64,000 bases of DNA from Eutreptiella sp. 'Long Island Sound 2002'. Lineage: Eukaryota; Protista; Euglenida. Below are positions 24,256 to 38,143 of the stretch, one piece after another (position 1 is the first letter of the stretch; every line of letters starts with the position of its first letter). The stretch spans positions 6,014,001 through 6,078,000 of the forward strand of contig OZ038378.1 in NCBI GenBank assembly GCA_964036045.1, written 5' to 3'. Under the pieces are notes generated by a model. The model was not told the DNA's origin. It made no database searches and saw nothing but the letters and a program-made list of their open reading frames with translations. Made by a program: the position numbers and the translations under genes.

Positions 24256-24820
24256 TTAGGTTTTCGGCCAAGGCGCTCCAATTTTCGGACCACCTTGCAG
24301 GTGTTGGCAAGCACTGCCGAGCAACACTTGCGGGCGGGCACACCCTAAAAAGAAGCCAGGTGGTCGTGGCACACCCGGTACAGCTATCGGAGCGACAACG
24401 ACTCCCGGAAGAGCATGCAGCGATAGGGAGGCATCATCCCGATCGGCTCCGTTTTGGTAGTGGTCGCTTGTGGCCACCACCGAAACCCCGCCAAATGGGT
24501 GATTATTGTCCCTCACCTTCTGCAACACCAAATCCATGGCCTCCACTAGGGCCCCGCAAACTTGCCCAACCTCGTCAATGAAAAGGACCAATAGCACTTG
24601 TAGAGTACATGCACGTTACGATCATGACTAACGAGGGCGTGCATGACGTCATGGAGCATGCATGACCTCCGGACTTCGGTCTCCCTCACCACTGAACCGC
24701 ACACACGCACCACAACATGGCAGATGATGTGCACAGAGATGCTCCAGATGCCGTCTAGTTGCTGTCAAAGAAGAAAGCGGTGAACAAGGCCAGGGACACC
24801 AAATACAATGACGTCTGGGG
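24256..24820 (-). pseudogene. Pif1-family (Helitron-type) helicase fragment, motifs II-III
   Basis: 'LFIDEVGQVCGALVEAMDLVLQKVRDNNHPFGGVSVVATSDHYQ' (24597-~24453) matches the Pif1 pattern IIDE....D...R.....PFGG..V...GD..Q. Frameshifted and stopped on both sides. Confidence 0.7.
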
Positions 24821-24929
24821 TGCAACGAAGAAGTACGGTGCAAAGGACACATCCAATGCCGCGATGGCCTAGCAACTCGCGAGTGCATACACAAGACCTT
24901 GGATCCGCACACATCCTTGGTGCGCACAT

Positions 24930-25053
24930 GTTAGATCATTAATGGAGTTGATGAGTACAATGGCCGGATGTTGAAGCGTTGCCAATTCCCACTTGAGCTG
25001 GGTGCCGCAACCACCATCCACGATGTGCAGGGTGCACTTGGGTGCCAGCAATG
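24930..25053 (+). pseudogene. Pif1-family helicase C-terminal motif fragment on the opposite strand
   Basis: 'NGRMLKRCQFPLELGAATTIHDVQGAL' matches the Pif1 R.QFPL.LA.A.TIHK.QG motif. Confidence 0.6.
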
Positions 25054-28000
25054 ACCACTTTTGATATTGTTTAGTACTAATGAATCATTTTGAAACGCTT
25101 TTACAATGTTGTCCCCGATATTGACATTTTTGCAAAAGAATTATCCCGAGCTGCATGAGGATAGGCTCACAGAAAAGTTGTAGCAAGCTGCAAAAGCCTT
25201 CAAGGCACAGCCTGTGGGCGGCAAGATGAACACGGCTCCCATTTCAAAAGGAAGTGGCTTTAGTGGACACACACACATAGGAGGGGCCGTGGATCATTGA
25301 CACCGAACTTGGTACGGCGCCATGTAAGTAAAGTATGGGCGGGACACCCCGCTAGGGTGGACCATTTGAACGTAGAAGCAACACCTGACAATGTCTGGCG
25401 ATGGCATCCAGACCTTTTGTTCTTTTAAGGATAAGCTAAACAGCGAAATCTGTGCAAGGGGAACTTCGATGCAGCCGTAGAGAAGTCTTGAGGAGCAAGT
25501 GATTTATGTGGTCTGTTTGGTGAGCTTGCGTGGTGTGACAGTTGCACCCCTTTGAGTGTTTGCTTTGCATGCGTGCAAATTGCCCAATTTGAAGAAAAGA
25601 TATTCTATTTGTCCTCTGGCGCCATGCACCCTTAACTGTCCGCGTTGTGCACATCGTGATAAATGTGCAACGTTGTCACTCCATGGTGTTCCCTGCCGCT
25701 TGCTGCCATAGTGTCCTTTGCCTCTCAGATCTCTAAGAAATGGGGTTGTGGTGCCAATCTTACCGCCGCCGAAATGATAAATGGCTTTGGTGGCTAGCCT
25801 AGGCCTTTCCTGCATAACTTCCAACTTGGTTTGGATAAACAATGCTTGAATGGTTGTTCCATTTCCTTGGTACCTAAGCTGAGAAGGACAAGCCCGCCAC
25901 TGTCAAGACGAACAACAATAAGCGTAGGGCACCGCGACACTTGTCGTGGACTGCACAAGGAAGATCTTTGGCATGCACATCATGCACTCAAATGAAAACC
26001 CTTGCACTGCTGACTAATGACATTTGACGTGTCGTGCCCTGCCGCCGGGGGATGCATGAAGAGGTGAGGGCTATATGTGTACGTCAGGTGACGCCGCAGC
26101 TAATGCAGAAGGAATGGGGTCCATCGGGGCCCGGCACTTGGAGAACCGGGAGGCACAAGTTCGACTTTTTTGGGGGTTATTGGACACTGACACAGGAAGT
26201 GCACGATACGAAACCCGCAGCGAGCACAAGTACCACCCGACGGAGAACTTGGTGGAGGATTTGGTGTGTTGTGTACACGTTGAGACGAAAAACAAAGGCA
26301 GACATGTACCTACACAAAAAGTGTCCTCCGTCGATTAGGAGGGACAACTACGGGCCCCACCTGGTAAACACGGAAGAGATTGTTGAGACGTAGGCGAAGC
26401 GTCGTTGTCGTTTCGTACGGCGCCACATGTTTTGTGGAGTTGGGTGCCAAAAATATGAGGGTCTGCGTGATGAAGTGGCTGAAGGAGTGGAAGGAGAAGG
26501 AAACAACGAAGGTAACAATCCTAGCGTCGTGGCGCATGGTGCACACTGTCGTGGAAGTTGCAGAGACCGTTGATGCTATGAGTGATCCGCAAGCAGCGAT
26601 TTGGCTGCTCTCTCCTTTGTTCTTTCTCACTCCCTCTTTGGCCCGTGCAGACGATCAAAATAATGTAAATATTGCGAAATCCAAACCTAATTGAGAAAAG
26701 GAGCTTGCTGCCGCACTTCCCCCCCTAGCTAGGTGGCGACAACCTCACTACCGGGGTACTAGCCCCAAGCGACGACCGGCGTCGTCTCTGCGGTCCCTGT
26801 AGCCCTTATGTGTGCCTAACACTCAGCTACAGATATGGCTGAGTACTCTTGTGTTGTGATATTGACTGCCATCCAAAAAGAGTACTGCTTGCACCGAACT
26901 TTTTTTTTACATATGTGCTTGCTTTTGCTTTCTTTGTTGGGAACATTATCTTGGTAATTTCTCCACAAAAGAGAACACTTCCCCTCAACTTTGTGCTCTT
27001 CATGTTTACAGGGGTCTTGGGTGTGGGATTGTTGTTTTCACAAATCTTTTCCGTGATTCAATTTTTGTTTTAGAGAAAAAATAGTAAAAAAAAAGTAAAA
27101 TTTTATGCATTACAAAAAGCAAGAAACCGTCTGTAAAAGAAGATTAGTTGCAATGGAAGAAGAATGTAGGGGAAATGGTTTGGTTGCAAGCAACAAGCTT
27201 GTTGTAGCTTGTTGCATTGTTGTTGGAATGCAGGAACAAACGGCACCCCCCTGCATGCCCTCATGGCCAACACACTTGGTCCATGCTCTATGTCTCACAT
27301 GTGCTGCCCCCTGGGGAGCACCTATCTACCCTCTGGGGGGTAGGAAGCACAGATGTGCTGTTCAATTCTCATTGGCATTGTTGTACATGCTTGTTGTAAT
27401 GCTATGCTTGTACATCAACATGAATGTTGTATTCTTCAATGCACCTTGAATGGAATATGTGGGCATCTCCACGTGCCGTCATGGCGTTGATTCTTGTTTT
27501 TCTGCATTGCATGCCTCTTTGGTTGGAGACATTGCTCATCGCATGGCTGTGATGCACATATTGTCGAGCAAGCAGCTGCCCCGATTAACACGTGAGGTGG
27601 GTGCCGTATGCATCAAGACATGGCAGCAATGTCCCAGCCAGGCCTCAGCCAACTGACGTGGTGCCAACTCTGCTTTGTGTTGCAGCGAGGGATTAGGGGC
27701 ACAGTCAAAGTCAGAGTAATGCGCGGCCCACAAGCGGATGTGGTGAGTTTGATGCTGCCGTAGGACGTGTGACACATGCTGGTGGAGGCGTAGGGATTGT
27801 TGATTGTGTTTCCTAGGCTGCCGCACCCAGATAGCGCGGCACTGGGGCTCCGCCACAAGGGCGCATCCTTCTCCCACTCCAGTAGCACGCGAGCCGGGCC
27901 CAACAAGGCCACGGGTGTCATGACGACCCCCACTTTCCCCAAGCTGCGCTGGGCAGGTAGGTCGGCCGGCCCCCAGGCATGCGCCCCAATGCCGGATGAC

Positions 28001-28440
28001 ACCTCTACATTTCGCCATTGAGAACACTTGCCACCATCATTAGAGACAACCATTTACAATGAAATTTCCAACCACCACCCCCCCCCCTCCCCGCCCTTGT
28101 AAGTGTTGTGAAACACGGAGTGGTGCTTTCCAAATATTATCATTATGTGGCCGTTTGGCCTCATGTCTAGCTATGTACCCGCCAATGGGTACCGTGACAT
28201 TGAGGAGCATGAGCATATTTCTCACTTAGCGGCAGCATGCTAGCGTGTGCTCATGCGGATGATAGCAGGAAAAAAAAGCGGAAAAGGGGAGGCGGGGAGG
28301 GGGACAACTAAACTCAGTTCAGAAAAATTGACTAAACTGAATGAGGGGGGGAGTCTTTACAGTGCACGCAAAGCGCACACAGCTCGCACAAGACTAGGGA
28401 AAATTGGGAGTTTTTGCTACAATTTGCGACATTCTTCCCT

Positions 28441-28638
28441 CTATAGACCATACTCTAACCCTACCCCGTGCATGTCTTGCTCATCGTCACTTTGCGATAT
28501 AGTGTTGCAATGAGCATGGAATGCTACATTGCAATGTACAAAAGCCATTTGGCAACCCTTCTTTTTGCAAATGCAGCAATGGCTGCCGCTCATCAACTTT
28601 TGAAGCTTTGGGCTCTTCTTGGATTTCTTTGGAGGCAT
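28441..28638 (-). pseudogene. Degenerate PHD-finger-like fragment
   Basis: 'MPPKKSKKSPK...HCCICKKKGCQMAFVHCNVAFHAHC' follows the C..C...G....C..C...FH..C spacing imperfectly. Confidence 0.35.
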
Positions 28639-29395
28639 TACTAACAATAAAAAATATGGTGAAGGCACACAAAGAAGGTGGAAGACAAAACACAATGAGC
28701 GGCTTGGGCTTTGTACAAAACCGGACTGTGCCTACTCCCATGGCACAACAACGAATGCTTTCCTGGGTGCCTCCCGCCATGTAAGCCGTTACATCCGTTG
28801 TGCTTGCATGGATCACCTTGAAAAACAAGGTGAAATGCACTAAAAATCACAGCAAAGCATGCAAGCGACTCATGTAAATGCATAACATGGCTCAGTGTTA
28901 CTGGCACCAGACACTACTATGCAGCGTGGTTATGGTGCAAAACAGATTTTGTGCAGCATAGCGCGCAGTATACCCCCTCAAAAACAAACATGTGAAGCAT
29001 TAGAAGTAAATGAGGCAATGCACTGCACAGTCTGAATTCAGTGCTGCCGATGGGGGTCTATGGACGGTTCTGATAGACCGAACGTCCCCACCATAGACAC
29101 TTTTAGCCATTACTTCAAATTAAAAACAATGTTAGTGGCGTCTGCTCAGCATTCACCTTAAATGGAACGGCGAGACACCGTGCAATTCCAATTTGCCTTA
29201 AGTAGTGCACCCAAGTAAAAATATCTTCGGCGCCTTCGGTGCGTGCGAGGTCCTATGGATTTCTTGTTGTTCATGGGCCAAGTGACCCCCCCCCCCCTCC
29301 CCAAGGGTGGGGGTTGGACAAAGGGGGGGCTTATGACTTGGTACTTTTATCCACACCAAGGCGTGGGAATGAATGATAATGCACATTGGTGTGCA

Positions 29396-29408
29396 AGAGA
29401 GAGAGAGG

Positions 29409-29501
<93 letters not shown>

Positions 29502-29510
29502 GGAGAGAGA
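29396..29510. repeat. (GA)n microsatellite
   Basis: Direct reading. Confidence 0.98.
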
Positions 29511-32239
29511 CCAAAGATCAATTTTGATTGACTGAATGTCCCCGCTTGAGCCACTTTAAGCCTTTATTCCAATGATGCGCTTCCATCTCAACAGAGCCAC
29601 GCTACATGTACAGTGTGTTGTGCCTCACCTCCTAGATACACCCATATGCATGGACCAAGGCCATGCATGCAACTTGCAATGAAGATGTCATCGAAACACC
29701 AAACACACAAGTGGCTCTGAGATTCATCCTCGGCACTCCTTTGGCCTTGGAGCTTGGCTGTTGGGTCCCTTGTGTAGGTGTAAAGCAAAATCAGCAGCGC
29801 GTGACGCGGCACCCTTGAATGAGTGCCCCCTACATGTGCGTAGCGAGTGATGTGCCAAAAGAGGGTGGTAGCCGATGGGGGGGGGTCGCATGTCGCCAAA
29901 GTATATTGTTCTCGTCAGCAACTAGCGCCCCCACCCCCCCTCAACTGCGGGAGCCGTCGGTGCAATTACCTACAAAACACATCACAGTTTTTGTAGTTTT
30001 GCAGGTAAGTAGGGGAAATGTAATGTAGACACACGTATGGCACATGTGCCTCATACCCGGGCTTGCCGCTGAACCTTTATCCATAGCACCGATATCTATG
30101 AGTTTCATGAAACACATGTCGGTTACTTTCAAGTGCCCAAAAATCCAAGCCACACCCACTATTGGGTAGTCGTACCCTTCGATATTAACATGGGACATGA
30201 CAACCTTCCGGATTTCGGGATGAAGTATGTTTTAGAGAGTGCGAGGATCCCTGGGCTGGGGCCCCGAGGCGATGTGTGCCTTGTCCAACTGCTCCCCATG
30301 TGTCAAGAAGGAAAAAGGTGATACGATGAGTAGTTTGCTGTGGTGTGTGCTGTGCCAATTCCTTGGCATGCTTGCCACCATGTGCAAGTTGCACACCAAT
30401 TATTTTTTTGAGATGAATACCCATATGGCACACAACGTGGCCCGGAACGCAAGTTGCGGACTAAGAGTGACGAGTGCAATGAGCAAGGTGCGGTGTCTCC
30501 AACTAGCCCGATGGCTGAAATGTACACATCACACCACTTGGACAGCTTCACCTCAATTCCTTGCAAAAAAAAGGTGGGACCAATTTTCGGACATGTGCCT
30601 TCCATTGATGGCACCCACGCACCATGCTATAGCGCCAAGTTTCCGCCCGCCTATTCAAGCCGTGTGTCCATGAAGCTAGCCATCGCGATTGTTGTTCTAT
30701 TTGTTCACAAATAATTTAGGGGAACGTGACAACCGGTTTGGCCCATGGCTGTGGGCGCCCCACACCGGTATGTACCCATGGTATAAAGAATCCCATAAAT
30801 CATGTGGTTGCTATGCGGGTGACGCCTTATCCATTCAACACCGGCCATAACGCAGCTTCGCCCTCCATTCTCAAAGTTATCGTGACAAAACAACCATGAG
30901 GCATGCCCGATGGAAGGCGCAATGTCTGAACTTTGATTTCTAGGCTGGTGTCTATGAGGTGCTTCCCATTCCAAGCATTTTGTCAGTCATGCGGGCAACG
31001 TCACCATACCACAAGCGTTATCGGGCTCATTATGAAGGGAACATGCATTGCATTGTGCTTGAGGTTACCACCCTTGGATAGCCGCTGAGCAATCCTTTTT
31101 GTGCATCTAGTGAGGCTCTTTGTCGGTTGGTAGCTGCTACAACACGCCATGCAGTTTGACACTTGTCCCCTGACTAGCTAAGGCCGATGGGTGTTTGCCA
31201 ACAGAATGTTGAAAGTGAGCTGCAAGGAATTCCTCAAGGAACGGATATGCAACACCTCCTGCTAGATGGTGGAGAGGCTACAGAAAAAGGGGTACCACAA
31301 GATGAAGGTAAACAAGGTGTGAACAAGGCAATCAACAAACAAACTTCAATGCAAGATAATCAAGAGGATGAATTAGGATCCTCCGAGTCGGGGCATGTGA
31401 AGCACCCCCGACACGGCGCAAGGAACGATGACAGCAACATTGAGGCCATAGAAGAGTTTGATGAGTACAAACTCTAGTGGAATTCACCAAAAGCACAAGC
31501 CGAAAAGACCGCCAAAGATGTTGCGATGGTTGACGCGTCGCATGCTGGTGCAGATCAAGTAATTGAGCTCAAAGCGCCGTTTGCATGCGGCTTCAGGCAA
31601 TTGGACCTTGGTCCGTGTGGGGAAACGTGTTGGCTTGAGGTGAAGGACATTCGGGGGAAGAGGTTGGAGATTTTTTCAAGGATGAGATGAATAATATCAA
31701 AACCAGAATTCAAACATGTGTGGATCAATGAGCATGCGTCATGGATGTCAGTGATAAAGGCCCAGGTCAGCACGCACAGGAATATAGAAAATGGCGGCTG
31801 TATTTTTCAGATGAGGAATCCACGCCAAACTATTGTGCGATTGGATGTACGACAACGCACAAAGGGTATACGGTGACATAGTGCTAATAGCTGCAAGACA
31901 AGCTAGGCTTGGTGCGCTCAGTCTCACCCATTGTTATCATGTGACTAATTAGTTTGAGGGTTCCAGACACGGATCAAACCCCAAAACTCCCCACCCATAC
32001 CCCATTTTCAACCATACAATGCAACATCACAACCCTTGGTTTGTGTGAGGCTTTAGCGTCCGAACTAGCAATGAATTTCGAAGACATGACTCAAAGGGGG
32101 GAAAATTGGGGTTAAACATTCAAGCATAGTTTTAGAGTACACGTCCAGGGGTCAAAGCCGGCTCACTCCAGATGGGACATAGTTTGAGAATTGGTGCACC
32201 TTTTTTTTTTGCTGCCATAGCTACACAATTTGAGTTCTA

Positions 32240-34982
32240 CTATGTGTACATCACCCAGTTGTGAATTAATGGGCCACAGACAGGTTGTGTCCCACTTTTG
32301 ATGAGGGGTGCTCCTGGTGTTGAAACTAATTTTGGAGCAGAGACCCACGTCAAGCTGTGGGTAGGATTCATGCTATCATTTCGTTTGAGCATGTTGTTTG
32401 ACAAATATTGGTCAAGGAGCAAGAATGTCCAATTACATCTTTTGTATAGTTGAGGCAGCCATGCCCAGTTGGGTGTTGGTTGTTTGCTTCCTCGCTTGCC
32501 TTCGGTCGTGATGTCATTACCCATGAGTGTTGGGGGTTGCCACAATTTCACTTCACCATGAATTACAACAGTGAGCTATTGTACCGTTGTCACAAGTCAA
32601 GTAGGGGTGTGTGATTGAACCGAATGTAGTGCCCTTGGGAAATTTTCTGTCTTGCTAAATGTTTGGCTGCCCCCGCAACCCAGATTAACCTTTAGGACCG
32701 CCGTTGACGATACATAATTCCATTCCAATTATGCAAGAATGATTTCGGTGCGATAGTTTTGGGTGAGAACGTTTGTTTTGGAGGGGGGATTTCAATATAA
32801 TTCTCAGTTCTACATTTTATGGACCATTTACTGAAATTGTCGTGCTATGGACCATTTACTGAAATTGTCCTGCTCCTTTGCTGTCAAATTGAAACCCTTG
32901 AGCATCGGTATACTTGTGCATGTGAATTTGTGTGCCTTATTGACCAATACCGTTATGATCAGTTGAGGTTAGTGGTGTTGTCCCCGCCTTTGATACTACC
33001 ACTAAGCATTGTGGCTTCGTCCATAGTTATTTTGATCGATTGCTTCATTCCCTGGGTGACCATCTTTCGGACGGGGTATTCATACATTCAAGAGATGAGT
33101 TGTATCATGGGAGAGGTATTGTTATTGGCTATCACGTTCTTATCAATGGACTTGGAATACCAATGGGAGTGCATTGTGTTGAGTAGTGAAGGACATTGGT
33201 TGATTGGTTGCATGTTTGAAGACACCACCCAATTTTCCACACATTCCTTCACCGTGAACTTCATGTGGTGATGCATGATAGTATGTGTGGTGGGGTCTAT
33301 CTTTCCTCTTGAAAAGGTTTTACATAACGCAAGAGCTTGGTTAAGACATCTCAATAAATGATTCAGGGTGGATCATTTTATTACCATTGGCTTTTTTTTT
33401 GCAAGGAGGTGATGCCAAGGTATGTGAACAAACACAAAGGATTCTTTCCATATTGTTAAGTTTGTGCATGAAAATATTTTCTGTTTTAAACTGGTTTTCA
33501 AAAGCTGTATGACCAGTTACTATGAGGATATTAAGACCTAGAATTCGGACCCGAAGCCCATCTTGGGAGGACATAAAAAAGGTTTGGTAGCAATGCTATG
33601 GCACGTCTTGGCGTCACACCTGCTATGTTGCTTCAAACGGCACCGGCAAGAGTTTTTCGCGCTTTTTTTTTAGGTAAAAAAGCGTATTGCGAGTGGTGCA
33701 TTTTTTTGCGGTCCAAACTGTTGGTTGCTGCCGTTTCACAACCAAAAAAAAGGCGTATGTTGGCTAAAAGTACCCCCCGCGCGGATGAGCCCATCGGTTG
33801 AGATGACCGGCATTGGAACGCCACAAGGGAACACAAACCGAACACTCCGGTTTTTCAATGTTTTCAATACCATAACAAATAAGTATTTCGTGCATAATGT
33901 AGGATTCGAATTTGCAACGTTGCAAAAGTAATCATTATCAAATGTTTGTGGTGTGTTCTCTTTCAGGACCTAAGTGCCGCCCACGGCTTGCTTGGCGCCC
34001 CAAAGGCCTTGAGTGCACCGCGATAGTAATGAGGGCGTTACAGGGGTCACTGAACGTATTGCTGCAGCATGTTGTGGCTGTGTCACTGCTCAAGCAGAGC
34101 ATCAAGGAAGACCCCACACCCACAATGCACAGCACCTATTCGGTACCTTTATGCTTGAGGAGGAAATACAAACACAATGGACGACAAACTCAGCCCTGCA
34201 ATGTGCCAGGTAATTCATCAACACCAATACCGATTTGCAACAAGTGCCACATAGTGTAGTCCAAAGGTTGCCGGAGTTTGCTTCATGGTGTCACGTTACC
34301 CGTCTTGGGGCATGCTGCGGTGTTGAACTCCACCAACTTGCACCACTCTTGCGCGCGACATAGATTTGTGCTCCACCCAAATCCCTTTTTTGTCGTTGAG
34401 GCACAGCGGACATGCGTGGTAGATGAGAGGAAGCGCTTGGCAGCATTCGTGACTATGCCCAAACAAACAGCAAGGACCTTACGCCCGACTCCCAGTTCGT
34501 TCGTGGGACAGCTCAACGAGTTACGGAGTCACCACAATGAGAGGCCCAACACCAACCTCCGCATCAACACCTCGTCCAAATCGCCCTAGTTCCACAAGGT
34601 GACCATAGACTACGGTTGCGCATACATGTTTGTCCCAACATGTATGTTGCGCTCTTTGTCGCACAACACTTCATCTTTCTGTGGCGCACTAAGAATTCAC
34701 GTGAGGCACTAACCCTCATTGTCACCGGACACTTCGTATCGCACTAAGCTTACACGTGTGGCACTAAGCCTCTTGAATATCTGTCAGTCCCGCAAGCAGC
34801 TAAAACAAACGTATGCCCGCTCTTCTGCTATACGGGCCAGTTATGTCATCAATGTCACTGCTTGTTGAAATGGTCCGGCTAGGAAGTGTGTGATAAGCAG
34901 ATAGTATAGCAAACCAGGAGCAACCGCTCACGAGTTTGCCAAATTTTTGGCTGTGCAGCCCAAAGTGCTGCCCATGTACCAC
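32240..34982 (-). mobile_element. Possible heavily decayed non-LTR retrotransposon pol remnant
   Basis: 'LLANIRLFF...KKMHHSQYAFLPKKKARKTL' (33633-33760) resembles the RT segment ILANRL...IH..Q.GF.PGR. 'FAILSAYH' (~34900) is weakly APE-like, and the order fits one minus-strand element. No YADD motif found. Confidence 0.3.
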
Positions 34983-37633
34983 CTGCTGCAGGAACTAGCC
35001 CACTAGAAAATGGTACCGTGAATGCAGGACACCAACCAAACTATTGGAGCAACCAACAACCTTGACCGAAAAACTGAGATGAATAGTAAAACTAACCCGA
35101 CCGTGAGCCTGAAACCAACTGCAATTGTGCCGAAACTGCACTGCGGTTACAACCCGAAACAATAGTAGCCCCTTCTCCCTCTGTGGTGCCTCAGATTCAG
35201 CACAAGAAGAATTTTGCCTCTTGCAATTCAATCTGAAGCACCACAAGGGCACCCCAATCTTACTTTCACACAAAGGCATACCCTGTACTCACACACCTAG
35301 CACTATGCACCGTTTGCTGATCTCGTGCGTAGATCTAGTGTTGAATGGCGGCACCACTCGGGAAACAACGTGCTGAAAACACGAGCCGGCGAGCGGACAT
35401 AGGGGGATGGCGTACTTAAGCACTGCAAAATGTTTATGCTCGGAGGTCATGGCCACTGGAGAACGCTCCCTTTTCTTTCTTTGCCGGCCGCCCTTTCAAG
35501 AAAGGGTTTCGTTCCATCACTGGTGAGTAGACGTTAGAAATTGCGTGTACGATGTGACGAGATGTTTGTGGAATAGACTTTATCTATCAGCACCATCGGC
35601 GGGAACGGACACATGACATGCAATTGTCTTTCAAAAGGTGAGACACACCGCACAACGCCTTAACACATGGGTGGCAGAGCAGTTGGGACATTCCCCAACG
35701 GAAGCGCAAAATATTGGTGCGATGAATTGTAGAAATATGTCATGAGCAAACGAGAGGACCGTTGGGCTGCGAGCTGTGGTCACGGGAAGGGCGGACCTAG
35801 ATATATGCGATCCTCATTGTATCCGATGAAAACTATCGCGGTAGAGGTTGGGGAAATTGTGGCCAAGGCGCTGCCACAATTTGCGCGCTCTTTGTTGGAA
35901 ATGAACACCAAACAACGTACCATGGGAAAGTTCCACCGCAAAGCAACGGCCGAGGACGTGCAACTACCTTCTCACATGCCCCATAGTGAGGAGCAATACA
36001 AGTGACTGCAGGATGCCGACCTGCAACGGGGCTGGTGGCGGGCGTCCAAAATGCCGAAAATACCTTTCTGTTTTTGCGGCCCCAAAAGCAAATGAGAATC
36101 AAATTGTCACCTCCTAGATTGTGCCTAGGTTCCGCCCCCACCAGCGGCGTTCGGCCTCCAACCGCCGCCTGCGTTCGTCGGCTAGTGCCGCTAGGAAGTT
36201 GCGTTTGTATTTTTGTGTTGTCGTGTTTTTTTGTATTTGGGTGTGTGCATTTTTTGTGTGGCGTTGCTCCCATAGGAAGAACAGATTGGCAGTGAAGGCT
36301 CACTTCTCGAGGTCATGAAGCTCAGCCTTCTCGGATCACAACAATGAGGGCAACTGCAAGTGGCAACAAGACCCCCACGGGCTCCGGCTCCCCAAAGTGT
36401 GGAAGAATCAAAGCAGCTACATTACCATTGGCTTGTCAGTGTTCGCAGAGTGGCAAAGCACCTTGCACCACGCTCTCTTTTCTTTCTTTGCCGGCCGCCC
36501 TTTCAAGAAAAGGTTTCGTTCCATCACTGGTGAGTAGACATTAGAAATTGCGTGTACGATGTGACGAGATGTTTGTGGAATACAACACCGGCAACTTTAT
36601 CTATCAGCACCATCACAGGAGACGGGATGAGCCATATGACATGTTTTGAATGCGGCGGGAACGGACACATGACATGCAATTGTCTTTCAAAAGGTGAGAC
36701 ACACCGCACAACGCCGCAACACATGGGTGGCAGAGCAGTTGGGACATTCCCCAACGGAAGCGCAAAATATTGGTGCGATGAATTGTAGAAATATGTCATG
36801 AGCAAACGAGAGGACCGTTGGGCTGCTTGCTGTGGTCACGGGAGGGACGGACCTAGATATATGCGATCCTCATTGTATCCGATGAAAACTATCGCGGTAG
36901 AGGTTGGGGAAATTGTGGCCGAGGCGCTGCCACAATTTGCGCGCTCTTTGTTGGAAATGAACACCAAACAACGTACCATGGGAAAGTTCCACCGCAAAGC
37001 AACGGCCGAGGACGTGCAACTACCTTCTCACATGCCCCATGGTGAGGAGCAATACAAGTCACTGCAGGATGCCGACCTGCAACGGGGCTCGCGGGTATGT
37101 TCTTGGAATCCCCAAGCTAGCAGGCATCAAAAATGCCGAAAATACCTTTCTATTGTTGCGGCCCCAAAAGCAAATGAGAATCAAATTGTCACCTCCGAGA
37201 TTGTGCTTGGCTCCCGCCCCCACCAGCGGCGTTCGGCCTCCAACCGCCGCCTGCGTTCGTCGGCTAGAGCCCCTAGGGAGTTGCGTTTGTGTTTTTGTGT
37301 TGTCGTGTTTTTTTGTATTTGGGTGTGTGCATTTTTTGTGTGGCGTTGCTCCCATAGGAAGAACAGATTGGCAGTGAAGGCTCACTTCTCGAGGCCATGA
37401 AGCTCAGCCTTCTCGGATCACAACAATGAGGGCAACTGCAAGTGGCAACAAGACCCCCACGGGCTCCGGCTCCCCAAAGTGTGGAAGAATCAAAGCCGCT
37501 ACATTACCATTGGCTTGTCAGTGTTCGCAGAGTGGCAAAGCACCTTGCACCACGCTCTCTTTTCTTTCTTTGCCGGCCGCCCTTTCAAGAAAAGGTTTCG
37601 TTCCATCACTGGTGAGTAGACATTAGAAATTGC

Positions 37634-38143
37634 GTGTACGATGTGACGAGATGTTTGTGGAATACAACACCGGCAACTTTATCTATCAGCACCATCACAG
37701 GAGACGGGATGAGCCATATGACATGTTTTGAATGCGGCGGGAACGGACACATGACATGCAATTGTCTTTCAAAAGGTGAGACACACCGCACAACGCCGCA
37801 ACACATGGGTGGCAGAGCAGTTGGGACATTCCCCAACGGAAGCGCAAAATATTGGTGCGATGAATTGTAGAAATATGTCATGAGCAAACGAGAGGACCGT
37901 TGGGCTGCGTGCTGTGGTCACGGGAGGGGCGGACCTGGATATATGCGATCCTCATTGTATCCGATGAAAACTATCGCGGTAGAGGTCGGGGAAATTGTGG
38001 CCGAGGCGCTGCCACAATTTGCGCGCTCTTTGTTGGAAATGAACACCAAACAACGTACCATGGGAAAGTTCCACCACAAAGCAACGGCCGAGGACGTGCA
38101 GCTACCTTCTCACATGCCCCATAGTGAGGAGCAATACAAGTGA
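37634..38143 (+). pseudogene. CCHC zinc-knuckle (gag/ORF1-like) pseudo-ORF, one per array unit (unit 3 shown)
   Basis: 'CFECGGNGHMTCNC' is an exact C-X2-C-X4-H-X4-C. ORFs 37634-37870 and 37880-38143 are in the same frame and separated by a single TAG (…WCDEL*KYVMSKRED…). Confidence 0.6.

Noticed and set aside
26034-26694. Chromodomain-like reading ('HPTENL')
   Set aside because: Similarity is too short and the aromatic cage pattern is absent.
31187-31477. Acidic 96-aa ORF as a gene
   Set aside because: Low-complexity composition with no motifs or splice support; possibly TE debris.
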